Positions 49,517-58,493 of a stretch of DNA of 64,000 bases are shown piece by piece (positions within the stretch are counted from its first letter, which is position 1; each line of letters starts with the position of its first letter). The position numbers and the translations under genes are program-made. The DNA comes from Bacteroides uniformis (GTDB taxonomy: Bacteria; Bacillota_I; Bacilli_A; RFN20; CAG-826): the NCBI GenBank assembly GCA_963641445.1, contig CAVIBR010000001.1, positions 244,920 to 308,919 on the forward strand, given 5' to 3'. Under the pieces are notes generated by a model. That model did not search any database. It was given only the letters and a program-made list of their open reading frames with translations, and had not been told where the DNA came from.

Positions 49517-51119
49517 TTTCCTCCGTTTTCTTTGTCATAAGCAAGCCAATTTCAGATTTGCTTGTCTTTCTTCCATCAAGTATTCCTCTTACCTCGCCAT
49601 CCCCTAAAACAAGGATTCTATCTGAGATAGCAAGCAATACGTCAAGATCTTCGCCAACATAGATTATTGCCGCGCCATTTTCTTTTTGCTCATTCAGAAG
49701 GTTATAGATCATATAGGAGGAATTGATATCTAAGCCACGTGTTGGATAAGCGACCATCAAAACCTTTGGCAAGGAGGCAATTTCTCTTCCAACAAGAACC
49801 TTTTGAACATTTCCGCCGGACAATTTCCTAACTGATGTATGAATTGATGGAGTACTTACAGATAAATCATTAACAACCTTATCTGCTAACTTTGTTGGAG
49901 ACTTTCTATCAAGATAAGGATTCTTAACGTTCTTCGAATAAGAACGTAACATCATATTATCGATCAGGTCCATATTGCCTACTAGTCCCATGCCTAAACG
50001 ATCTTCTGGAACGAAGGCCAATCTAACGCCAAGCGCTCTGATTTGCCTTGCGCTTTTATCCTTTAAATTGATACACGTACCCTCCGGATTGACATAAACC
50101 ATCTCTCCAGAGTCTTCTTTAATTAAACCCGCGATTGCCTCAAGAAGTTCTTTTTGTCCAGAGCCAGAAATACCTGCAATGCCAAGAATTTCTCCACTTC
50201 GAGCAGTAAAGGAGACATCTTTGATTGCAATGTTTCCTTCCTCATTTTTACAACTGAGATTTTTAATGACGATTCTATCTTGAGGATCCTTTGGCAAAGG
50301 TCTCTTTATTTGTAATTCAACCTTCTCTCCGACCATCATTTCAGTTAATAGAGATTCATTTGCATCCTTAGTATCGATAACGCCAATGCATTCGCCTTTT
50401 CGTAGAACCGCAACTCTATCTGAAACGGATAAGACTTCTTGCATCTTATGCGTGATGATAATGATGGATTTTCCGTCGTTTCTCATATTTCTAATAACTG
50501 AGAAAAGACGTTCTGCTTCGATAGGAGTCAAAACGGCCGTTGGTTCATCAAGAATAAGAATATCCGCACCACGGTATAGGGTTTTGATAATTTCTAAGGT
50601 TTGTTTTTCGGAAACGGACATGTCATAGACTTTCTTGTTAAAATCGATCACAAATCCGTACTTATCACAGATTTCTTGAATCTTTTTCTTCGCATCTTTC
50701 TTTGATGCCTGATCAAATTCCTTAGGATCTCTGCTCTCTTTCTTCTTATAGAAGTTAGAAAAGAAGTACTTAGCCTTTTTCCAAAATGGAATAGAAGGCT
50801 TGATTCCAAGAAGAATATTTTCAAGAGAAGTAAATGCTTCAATAAGTTTGAAATGTTGGTGAATCATTCCGATCTTATGGTCGAAAGCATCTTTTGGAGA
50901 AGCGATATCAACCTTTTCGCCATCAACGAAAATCTCCCCTTGATCGGGGTAATAAATGCCTGAAAGCATGTTCATCAAAGTGGTTTTTCCTGAGCCATTC
51001 TCACCTAAAAGAGAAAGAATTTCCCCATGATAAACGCTTAGATTCACGTTTGTATTGGCTTTGACCTCTCCAAAAGACTTAGAGACGCCCTTCATTTCAA
51101 CGCATATTTTCTTTTCCAT
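49503..51119 (-). CDS. ABC transporter ATP-binding protein, tandem ATPase domains (NupO/RbsA-like)
   Basis: Start at MEKKICVEMKG (RBS GGAGAG); two Walker A (GENGSGKTT; GISGSGQKE), two LSGG signatures (SVSEKQ.., LSGGNVQK). Confidence 0.85.
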   Translation of the reverse strand: MEKKICVEMKGVSKSFGEVKANTNVNLSVYHGEILSLLGENGSGKTTLMNMLSGIYYPDQGEIFVDGEKVDIASPKDAFDHKIGMIHQHFKLIEAFTSLENILLGIKPSIPFWKKAKYFFSNFYKKKESRDPKEFDQASKKDAKKKIQEICDKYGFVIDFNKKVYDMSVSEKQTLEIIKTLYRGADILILDEPTAVLTPIEAERLFSVIRNMRNDGKSIIIITHKMQEVLSVSDRVAVLRKGECIGVIDTKDANESLLTEMMVGEKVELQIKRPLPKDPQDRIVIKNLSCKNEEGNIAIKDVSFTARSGEILGIAGISGSGQKELLEAIAGLIKEDSGEMVYVNPEGTCINLKDKSARQIRALGVRLAFVPEDRLGMGLVGNMDLIDNMMLRSYSKNVKNPYLDRKSPTKLADKVVNDLSVSTPSIHTSVRKLSGGNVQKVLVGREIASLPKVLMVAYPTRGLDINSSYMIYNLLNEQKENGAAIIYVGEDLDVLLAISDRILVLGDGEVRGILDGRKTSKSEIGLLMTKKTEESANE

Positions 51120-51129
51120 ATTTCTCTCC

Positions 51130-51157
51130 AAAAAGGGAAAGCCCAAGAGAATATCTC
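51130..51157 (-). terminator. Intra-operon attenuating terminator after BMP lipoprotein gene (minus strand)
   Basis: gcccaagag-aatatct-cccttgggc; T-run on minus strand side. Confidence 0.5.
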
Positions 51158-51177
51158 CCTTGGGCTAATAAGCAAAA

Positions 51178-52419
51178 TTAGAATTCGCTATTTAAGAGGG
51201 TGATACCATCAATGGTGATATCAAAATATGGAGCGGAACGCTTAGAACTTTCAGCAAAGAAAGTGATTCCGTCTTTAGTTTCAATAGCTTCTGTATCGCC
51301 AGTATAGGCTGCATCAGTATCAACATCTGCAAGATAAGAAGTAATATGACCCTCTCCATCAACTTTCATTGCTGATGTGATGTTCTTTCCAGAGACAGTG
51401 AAAGTAGAAGTATCGAATACTTTGAGGGTGCCGTTTCTAAGTTTGCCTGCAACTTCGTTAACTTTATCTTCTGTTCCGGCGACTGTTGCAACTTTACCAA
51501 ATTCGCTTAAAGCAACCGAACCATTGCTTAAAGTTGAACCTAAATCGCCAGTGTAATCAGTTTCGATTGATTCACCTTTTTTGAGTTGTTGGAAACAATA
51601 TTTGAAATATGGCTCCCAATCGATTTTTGAAGAAACTAAATACGTATTTGGGCATTTAGATTCTGTTGAGCCGTTATAGGAAACGTTAGGAACGTTCTTG
51701 CTTTCGCAAATAGTTGGAGCTCCCCATGAGTCAGCGTGTTGGGAGATAAGTGAGCAACCACCGGAGATCAATTTTTCTGCGGCTGTTTTTTCGGCTGTTT
51801 CATCATACCAAGATCCAGTGAATTGAACATCCATCGTAACGTCAGAAACAATTGATTTAACGCCAAGATAGAAAGAAGTATAGCCAGAGATAACTTCGGC
51901 ATATGTATAAGCACCGACATAGCCAATCTTCTTAGATGTGCTAGCATCTTTTGAAATCATATCTTGGAGTTTTAAACCTGCTGCAACACCGGCAAGATAT
52001 CTTCCTTCATAGATTGAAGCAAAAGCATTATGGAAATTAGAAACGTTTGCGGTATGCGCTTTGGTTCCGGAAGCGTGAGCGAATTGAACATTAGGTTCTT
52101 CTTTGGCTGCTTTGATGAGGTAATCTTCATGTCCGAACGAGTCAGCAAAGACGAATTTGCATCCAGATTCAACTAAATCGATGGATTTTTCGTAGGCATC
52201 ATTGGATTCTTTGACACTTGTTACGATTACTGGAGTGACGTTTTCTGCTTCAGAAGCTGCTTTGAAAGCGTCGATGAAGTTCTTGTCATAAGTAGAGCTT
52301 TCATCATGTAAAGCAATAAGGCCGACTTTGATTGTGTCGTCTTTCTTTGTTTCGCCGCAACTAGCTAAAGCGGTAATGGTGAGGATTGATAAGGCTGCTA
52401 ATTTAATACACTTTTTCAT
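51178..52419 (-). CDS. BMP-family (Med/TmpC/PnrA-like) nucleoside-binding lipoprotein, substrate-binding component
   Basis: Lipobox ALAS|C; BMP fold motifs (IKVGLIALHDESSTYDK...DAF); ~60 aa longer than typical at C-terminus. Confidence 0.8.
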   Translation of the reverse strand: MKKCIKLAALSILTITALASCGETKKDDTIKVGLIALHDESSTYDKNFIDAFKAASEAENVTPVIVTSVKESNDAYEKSIDLVESGCKFVFADSFGHEDYLIKAAKEEPNVQFAHASGTKAHTANVSNFHNAFASIYEGRYLAGVAAGLKLQDMISKDASTSKKIGYVGAYTYAEVISGYTSFYLGVKSIVSDVTMDVQFTGSWYDETAEKTAAEKLISGGCSLISQHADSWGAPTICESKNVPNVSYNGSTESKCPNTYLVSSKIDWEPYFKYCFQQLKKGESIETDYTGDLGSTLSNGSVALSEFGKVATVAGTEDKVNEVAGKLRNGTLKVFDTSTFTVSGKNITSAMKVDGEGHITSYLADVDTDAAYTGDTEAIETKDGITFFAESSKRSAPYFDITIDGITLLNSEF

Positions 52420-52511
52420 GTGTTCTCCTATTCTTGTCCGTAACCCTTGTTTGAGAATTGGAAAGAAAGCAAGTCTAACAAATGAAAAAGCTAGATACTG
52501 TTAAGATTTTG

Positions 52512-52580
52512 CTTGTTCATAGTGTTGGATTAAGGTCCAACGTAGAAACTTTCCGCCAATCCGGCAATTATACGAACAAT
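52512..52580 (-). ncRNA. Purine riboswitch, guanine class (C74), leader of nucleoside ABC transporter operon
   Basis: Minus-strand RNA GUUCGUAUAAUUGCCGGAUUGGCGGAAAGUUUCUACGUUGGACCUUAAUCCAACACUAUGAAC: P1 GUUCGUA/UAUGAAC, conserved UAUAAU, J2/3 AAGUUUCUAC (exact), P3 GUUGGA/UCCAAC, then A-C-UAUG with C at specificity position. Confidence 0.8.
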
Positions 52581-52746
52581 GTCTTTCGACAACATATTTT
52601 GAAACATATTCAGTCAATATAAAAGAGGAAATTACTCTGAAAACGGTTTCAAAAAAAATTTACAATCTTTTTCTAGCCAAATTGTAAAGACGGGTATAAC
52701 CTTAAAAAATAGAGCGATGTTTCTATAAATCCATAGGAGAACATTA

Positions 52747-53319
52747 ATGCGTAAAATAATCATGAACCAAGCTCAAATTGAAGCTTGTTACAAAAAAGTC
52801 GGTGAAGAAATTTCTTCTTCTCTTAGAAATGAAGAAAAAAGACCTATCTTACTTTGTGTCATGAAAGGAGCGATGACCTTCCTTATTGGTATGATGAAAT
52901 ATATCGATATTCCTGTGATCGTTGATTATATCCATATCTCTTCATATGACGGAACATCATCAACTGGAAAAGTAAACCTTCTTAAAGATATGACCTTCAA
53001 TCCAGAAGGGAGAACGATTGTCATTGTTGAAGATGTTGTTGATACTGGCATTGCAATTAATTACCTTCAAGAATATTTAAAGACAAAGAACCCAAAAGAT
53101 ATCAAAGTCGCGACATTCTTCAACAAAACAGCAAGACGTGAAGTAGAGGTTAAACTCGATTATGTTGGAGAAACATTCACCGAGAATCTCTTCTTATTGG
53201 GTAATGGATTTGACTATAACGAAATTGGAAGAAATATTCCTTATGTCTTTATCCCTGATGAAGAAGATTTCAAGAATTGGGATGAAATTTGTGAGAAAGA
53301 CCCAATACAAAAGTTATAA
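52747..53319 (+). CDS. hpt: Hypoxanthine(-guanine) phosphoribosyltransferase
   Basis: PRPP-binding motif VIVEDVVDTGIA, 190 aa; divergent from guanine-riboswitch-controlled transporter. Confidence 0.85.
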   Translation: MRKIIMNQAQIEACYKKVGEEISSSLRNEEKRPILLCVMKGAMTFLIGMMKYIDIPVIVDYIHISSYDGTSSTGKVNLLKDMTFNPEGRTIVIVEDVVDTGIAINYLQEYLKTKNPKDIKVATFFNKTARREVEVKLDYVGETFTENLFLLGNGFDYNEIGRNIPYVFIPDEEDFKNWDEICEKDPIQKL

Positions 53320-53329
53320 ATATTCAAAA

Positions 53330-53362
53330 ATCACCGGTAAAAGTCCGGTGTTTTTTAAAACT
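53330..53362 (+). terminator. Rho-independent terminator after hpt
   Basis: caccgg-taaaagt-ccggtg + T6. Confidence 0.7.
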
Positions 53363-53445
53363 AATGGGTTTGTATGTTTAAATTTCCTTCTTTAAACGTG
53401 TTTTTTCTTAAACGCAAATTAACTTCAATGTCTTTTCAACTCTTA

Positions 53446-53540
53446 AAAAGTTTTTACTGAAAAAGCAGAAAAACTTTCTAAAAATCAAAAGTTTTTACTG
53501 AATCTCCGGAAAAACTATTAAAAATAACAAAGTTTTTTGG
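53446..53540. repeat. ~49-bp imperfect tandem duplication, each unit an imperfect hairpin (AAAAGTTTTTACTG...CAGAAAAACTTT)
   Basis: aaaagtttttactgaaaaagcagaaaaactttctaaaaatc / aaaagtttttactgaatctccggaaaaactattaaaaataac / aaagtttttt. Confidence 0.7.
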
Positions 53541-53574
53541 TAATATTCTAATAAGAAGTAAGAAGGGACATTTT

Positions 53575-54774
53575 ATGATAATAAGACCAAATTATTTAGC
53601 GAAATTAAAACCATTCATTGATGTGAAATTAGTTAAAATCCTTGCTGGAGTCCGAAGAAGTGGGAAATCTACAATATTAGAAATGCTAAAAAATTACTTG
53701 CTTTCTAATGGGGTTGATCAAAAACACATAATAACAAGAAAGTATTCTAATGAAGATTTTGATACATCTTTTGATTCTAAAATGATGTATGAAGATTTAA
53801 AAAAATCAATAGTTGATGATGAAAGATACTATTTATTATTAGATGAGTTGCAGGAAATTAGCGGTTGGGAAAAAGTCATAAACACTTTGTTAGAAGACTA
53901 TAACACCGATATTTACGTAACTGGATCTAATTCTAAGCTTATGAGTTCTGAAATCTCTACCTATTTAACCGGTCGATACATCACTATCCCTGTTTATACG
54001 CTTTCTTTTAGGGAATATTTGGATTTTAAAAATAATCCTTCTAAATCAAACAAGGAACTTTTACAAGATTATATTAGATACGGGGGCTTCCCATTGGTTG
54101 CTAGCGGAAATTTTGATGAAGCATCCGCATATGCTATAGTCGAAGATATTTATAATTCAGTTGTTGTAAAAGACATTGTCAATAGACACTCTATTGCAAA
54201 TATCGATTTATTTAATCGCGTCGTAAGGTTTGTTATCGAAAACGTTGGCAAAACATTTTCTGCGAATTCAATCGTTAAATTCTTTAAAAATGAGCAAAGG
54301 TCAATATCAATTGAAGCAATTTATAATTATTTAGATTGGTTAGAAAAAGCTTTTGTCATATATCGTTGCAAAAGATATGACTTGCAGGGGAGAAACGTTT
54401 TAAAGACGCAAGAAAAATTCTATATAGCAGATCAGTCTATTAAATATTCTTTATATGGATTTAATCCAACTAGTATTGCTGCAATGATGGAGAATATTGT
54501 ATTTTTTGAACTTAAACGTCGTGGATATGATGTTTATATAGGGAAAAACGCTGATAAAGAGATAGATTTCGTCGCAACGCATCGCGATGAAAAACTATAC
54601 ATTCAAGTATGCCGTGAAATGCCGAAAGAATCAGAAAGAGAAATAGCCAATCTTATGGAGATAAATGACAATTATCCAAAAATCGTTGTCACTCTTGATG
54701 ATTATGCAAGCGGCAATATCAATGGAATAAAAATAGTGCATCTTGCAGACTTTTTGCTTAACGAAAACATTTAA
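53575..54774 (+). CDS. AAA family ATPase with C-terminal DUF4143 (AAA_14/DUF4143 'ATP-binding protein')
   Basis: Walker A GVRRSGKST, Walker B YYLLLDELQ; ~400 aa architecture typical of this family. Confidence 0.75.
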   Translation: MIIRPNYLAKLKPFIDVKLVKILAGVRRSGKSTILEMLKNYLLSNGVDQKHIITRKYSNEDFDTSFDSKMMYEDLKKSIVDDERYYLLLDELQEISGWEKVINTLLEDYNTDIYVTGSNSKLMSSEISTYLTGRYITIPVYTLSFREYLDFKNNPSKSNKELLQDYIRYGGFPLVASGNFDEASAYAIVEDIYNSVVVKDIVNRHSIANIDLFNRVVRFVIENVGKTFSANSIVKFFKNEQRSISIEAIYNYLDWLEKAFVIYRCKRYDLQGRNVLKTQEKFYIADQSIKYSLYGFNPTSIAAMMENIVFFELKRRGYDVYIGKNADKEIDFVATHRDEKLYIQVCREMPKESEREIANLMEINDNYPKIVVTLDDYASGNINGIKIVHLADFLLNENI

Positions 54775-54799
54775 TTATTAGAATCTTTTTACAATTTTA

Positions 54800-56236
54800 T
54801 CAATCTAACACGCTGCTAGATTGATTTTCCCTACGTTTAAGAATCTTTGGAAGAAGAATTAGATAAACGACAAGGGAAGTAAATGATGCAACAGTATCCG
54901 CAATAGGCTCTGCATAGAAAACCATAAAGGCATTAGCTGAACATAATGGCAATAATATCGTTAAAGGTAGAAGGAGGACAATCTTTCTAAATAAGGATAG
55001 CCAAATTGAATATTTAGCTTGTCCTAATCCCGTAATTCCATCCACGCATACGTATTGAAAAGATAAAGGAATAATTCCATACATATAGATGGAAATGACC
55101 TTTCCTGCTGTAGTAATAACATTTTCATTTGGGTTAGAAGAAGACAAGGAAATGAATAATCTAGCAAACGGTGATCCAATAAAAAACGAAAGAACAAATG
55201 ATATTGATGTAAATATCAAAGCAAAAACAATGAGTTGTCTCTCTGCTTTCTTAATCAAATCAATATTCTTCGCACCGTAATTGTATGAAAGCAATGGCTG
55301 AGTTCCTGTTGATATTCCAAGTAATGGACCAGTAAATAAAGAGAAGAAGGCCTGAGTTATTGTTGCAATCTCAATATAGAAATCCGCATCCGCTCCGCCA
55401 AAAGATTTGATTGATGTATTCAAAGCAATATAAATAATAGAGTCAGTCGCGAGAATAACAAATGGAGAAAAACCTAATTTGATAATCTTTTTAACAATCT
55501 TCCAATCCAATTTTTGGAAAGATAATTTGATATCCGTGACTCTCAATAGTAGTAGAAGAACAAATAAGAAAGAAACGAACTGCGATATAAGAGTTGCCCA
55601 TGCCGCACCTGCAACACCCATATTGAATACATAGATAAATATTGGATCTAGAATAACATTCAGTATTGCACCAACCAAGGTAACTAACATCCCAAGAAGA
55701 GACTTTCCTTGCGCAATGACGAATTGATTTAATCCTAAAGTCAAAATAGAAAAGAATGTTCCGCCTAGATATATAAGGAAATACTGATAGGCATATGGGA
55801 ATGATGCGTCAGAGGCACCAAATAAATATAAAAGAGGCTTCCCTAATGGATAGAAAATAGCCACAATCAACGCAGATAATCCAAGTAATAAGATGAATGA
55901 ATTGGATAATATCTTTTTAGCATTTCCTTCATTCTTTTCCCCTAACGACATCGAAAAGATAGGTGATCCACCATAGCCAATCCAATAAGCAAAAGAAGAT
56001 ATGAAGGTCGTAATAGGTGCCACAACACCAACTCCAATCAAAGCGATCTCTCCAACAGAAGGCATATTCCCAATGAATATACGATCAACAATGCTATATA
56101 GAACTGAAACTAGCTGAGCTAACATACTAGGCAAGGCTAGCTGCATGATGCTTTTAAGGGTATTTTTGTTTCCTAAATCCAATTTGCGCACGAGTAGGAT
56201 TTTAATCCTAAAAGAAAAGGAATTCATCAAAAACAC
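54800..56236 (-). CDS. MATE family efflux transporter
   Basis: 12 TM; N-terminal region ...LKSIMQLALPSMLAQLVSVLYSIVDRIFIG typical of MATE; annotated ORF begins with GTG, true start uncertain (ATG at 56227 or 56146 possible). Confidence 0.75.
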   Translation of the reverse strand: MFLMNSFSFRIKILLVRKLDLGNKNTLKSIMQLALPSMLAQLVSVLYSIVDRIFIGNMPSVGEIALIGVGVVAPITTFISSFAYWIGYGGSPIFSMSLGEKNEGNAKKILSNSFILLLGLSALIVAIFYPLGKPLLYLFGASDASFPYAYQYFLIYLGGTFFSILTLGLNQFVIAQGKSLLGMLVTLVGAILNVILDPIFIYVFNMGVAGAAWATLISQFVSFLFVLLLLLRVTDIKLSFQKLDWKIVKKIIKLGFSPFVILATDSIIYIALNTSIKSFGGADADFYIEIATITQAFFSLFTGPLLGISTGTQPLLSYNYGAKNIDLIKKAERQLIVFALIFTSISFVLSFFIGSPFARLFISLSSSNPNENVITTAGKVISIYMYGIIPLSFQYVCVDGITGLGQAKYSIWLSLFRKIVLLLPLTILLPLCSANAFMVFYAEPIADTVASFTSLVVYLILLPKILKRRENQSSSVLD

Positions 56237-56329
56237 ATCTATAATATAGGTATAGAGAATCTCTAAGTCGTATTTCTTGCGCCGATATTTCTCTATTTCT
56301 ATAATGTTGCAGTTCGAAAGGAAACCCTT

Positions 56330-57253
56330 ATGCCAATAAAAGATTATTCAATGCTAGATTTAATCGGAAATACTCCACTCATCCGTCTAAGAAAGATCGA
56401 AGAGAAATATTCTTCGTCTTCCCCAATATATGCCAAAGTTGAAAGATGCAATCCAACCGGATCTATCAAAGATAGAGCAGCAAAAGAAATGATTCTTGCC
56501 GCTTTAAAAGAAGGAAAAATCAATAAAGATACAACGATTATCGAACCAACTAGCGGAAATACTGGCATAGCCTTAGCAGCAATAGGCGCAACACTTGGAA
56601 TGAAAGTTGTTTTCTTCATGCCTGCTAATTGTTCAATCGAAAGAGTGAAAATGATGAAAGCATTTGGCGCAGAATGTCGTCTAGTTAAAGAAGGTGGCAT
56701 GGCTCAATGCATCAAAGAAGCAGAAACCCTTCACCAAGAAATAAAGAACTCTTTCATTCCTCTTCAATTTGATAATATAAACAATTCCTTAGCCCACTAT
56801 AAAACCACTGGACCAGAAATATATGTCCAAACTGCTGGGGAAATTGCGATTTTTGTTGCTGCTTTTGGAACAGGAGGAACGCTTTCTGGCACGACTAAAT
56901 ACCTTAAAGAAAAGAAACCTTCCTTAATATCTGTTGGAGTGGAACCTGCTGGCTCACCATTTGTTTCAACAGGTAATAAAGGCCCTCATAAGATTCAAGG
57001 CATTGGCGCAGGATTCAAACCTGAAATCCTTGATCTTAACTTAGTTGATAAAATCTTAACCATCACCGATGAAAAAGCATACGAACTAACAAGAGCCATC
57101 GCTAAAGAAGAAGGGCTCTTTGTTGGAATCTCTTCTGGCGCTAATGTTGCAGCATCTTTAGAAATGGCAAAAGAATACCCAGGAAAGATAATTGTAACCG
57201 TTCTTCCAGATAACGGAGAAAGATACCTTTCAGTCCCTGAATTATTTGAATAA
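56330..57253 (+). CDS. cysK: Cysteine synthase A (O-acetylserine sulfhydrylase)
   Basis: LIGNTPLIRL, PLP-lysine motif SIKDRAA, GTGGT loop; 307 aa. Confidence 0.85.
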   Translation: MPIKDYSMLDLIGNTPLIRLRKIEEKYSSSSPIYAKVERCNPTGSIKDRAAKEMILAALKEGKINKDTTIIEPTSGNTGIALAAIGATLGMKVVFFMPANCSIERVKMMKAFGAECRLVKEGGMAQCIKEAETLHQEIKNSFIPLQFDNINNSLAHYKTTGPEIYVQTAGEIAIFVAAFGTGGTLSGTTKYLKEKKPSLISVGVEPAGSPFVSTGNKGPHKIQGIGAGFKPEILDLNLVDKILTITDEKAYELTRAIAKEEGLFVGISSGANVAASLEMAKEYPGKIIVTVLPDNGERYLSVPELFE

Positions 57254-57254
57254 T

Positions 57255-58049
57255 ATGAACTTAATAGATTTAGAAAAGCAATTCGAAAAAAATCCTTCTA
57301 TTGAACCATTCAATAAAGAAGAAATTGATTCATTTTTAATACACGCATCCGCTCTTTTGATGTTTGAATACCAAGAAAAGCCATATTCAAAAGAGAAATT
57401 AGAAAGCCTCTACAACATCGTTTCAGATGAATTAGACATCCTCCTAAAGAATGAAGAAAAACATTTCTCATTCAAAGAAAAGTTTCTTTCCTCATTGCCT
57501 GATATAAGAAGAAGTCTTAACACATCCCTTGAAGCAATAATCGAAGGAGACCCTGCAAGCACATCTAAACAAGAAATCGTTTTAATGTATCCAGGATTTG
57601 AAGCAATCCTTAATTACCGCATTGCACATGAATTCTATCTAGAAGGCCTTTCCTTAATTGCTAGATATATCTCCGAGAAAGCGCATAAAGACACCGGAAT
57701 AGATATTAATCCTGGCGCTACAATAGGTGATTATTTCTTCATTGATCATGGAACAGGTATTGTTATTGGTGAAACTGCTATATTAGGAAATAATGTAAAA
57801 CTCTATCAAGGAGTAACTCTTGGTGCTTTATCTCTTTCAAAAGGAAGAGGACTAATCGGCAAGAAAAGGCATCCAACAGTTGAAGATAACGTTACCATCT
57901 ATTCCAATGCGGCAATCTTTGGCGGAGATACGATAATTGGTGAAGGATCAGTAATAGGAGGAGACGTATATCTCACTCACTCAGTAGATCCGAATAGCCT
58001 CGTCCTTCAAACTGATAAAAATTTAACAATCATTCATAAGGAAAAATAA
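57255..58049 (+). CDS. cysE: Serine O-acetyltransferase
   Basis: Left-handed beta-helix hexapeptide repeats GIDINPGATIGDYFFIDHGTGIVIGETAILGNNVKLYQGVTLG; ATG 57255 two nt after cysK stop (ORF track start is TTG 57246). Confidence 0.8.
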   Translation: MNLIDLEKQFEKNPSIEPFNKEEIDSFLIHASALLMFEYQEKPYSKEKLESLYNIVSDELDILLKNEEKHFSFKEKFLSSLPDIRRSLNTSLEAIIEGDPASTSKQEIVLMYPGFEAILNYRIAHEFYLEGLSLIARYISEKAHKDTGIDINPGATIGDYFFIDHGTGIVIGETAILGNNVKLYQGVTLGALSLSKGRGLIGKKRHPTVEDNVTIYSNAAIFGGDTIIGEGSVIGGDVYLTHSVDPNSLVLQTDKNLTIIHKEK

Positions 58050-58056
58050 GCAATAA

Positions 58057-58088
58057 GACCTGAATATCAAATGAGTTCAGGTTTTTTC
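58057..58088 (+). terminator. Rho-independent terminator after cysE
   Basis: acctgaa-tatcaaatgag-ttcaggt + T6. Confidence 0.7.
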
Positions 58089-58175
58089 TTCCGAAGAAAT
58101 TGCCATTAAAAACGCTTGGTTTTAGTCAGAAATGATTGTTTGAAAATAACAATATTTTTCCTAATCTTCTTTTTT

Positions 58176-58250
58176 ATAGAATTCTATATTTTTTGCTATT
58201 TGATTAATCAAATAGAGGCACCAATTTTCGACAATTTTATAGAATTCTAT
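58176..58250. promoter_or_regulatory. Twin 12-bp perfect palindromes ATAGAATTCTAT (58176-58187 and 58239-58250) within 31-bp direct repeats; candidate operator pair
   Basis: ttttatagaattctatatttttgctatttg and ttttatagaattctatatttttgtcgatttg; centre-to-centre 63 bp (6 helical turns). Confidence 0.5.
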
Positions 58251-58404
58251 ATTTTTGTCGATTTGTTAAAGAAAAATATCAATTATTATTGAAGAAGATC
58301 TAAATGCGTTGTTACAACTATGTCTTTTTTATAATGAAATTAGTCAATTCACCATATGAATGTTTCTAATTAATTAACTTGCTTAAAATTTTTACAAATA
58401 AATG

Positions 58405-58435
58405 TTGCAAATTAGAAGGGGGGGGTCTCTATAAT
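58405..58435 (+). promoter_or_regulatory. Candidate sigma-A promoter TTGCAA-19 nt-TATAAT with a G8 homopolymer inside the spacer (potential slipped-strand phase-variation switch)
   Basis: ttgcaa attagaa gggggggg tctc tataat; G-run 58418-58425; 60 nt upstream of ATG 58494; poly-G is compositionally anomalous in this AT-rich genome. Confidence 0.5.
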
Positions 58436-58493
58436 TTTGACATTGAAAGCGCTTACTTGCGCGAAATAAAAAATAAAAGGAAAGGTTATTTCT

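Noticed and set aside
52621-52746. Looked for a second purine riboswitch upstream of hpt on the plus strand
   Set aside because: No UAUAAU/AAGUUUCUAC core elements present; only promoter-like AT-rich sequence.
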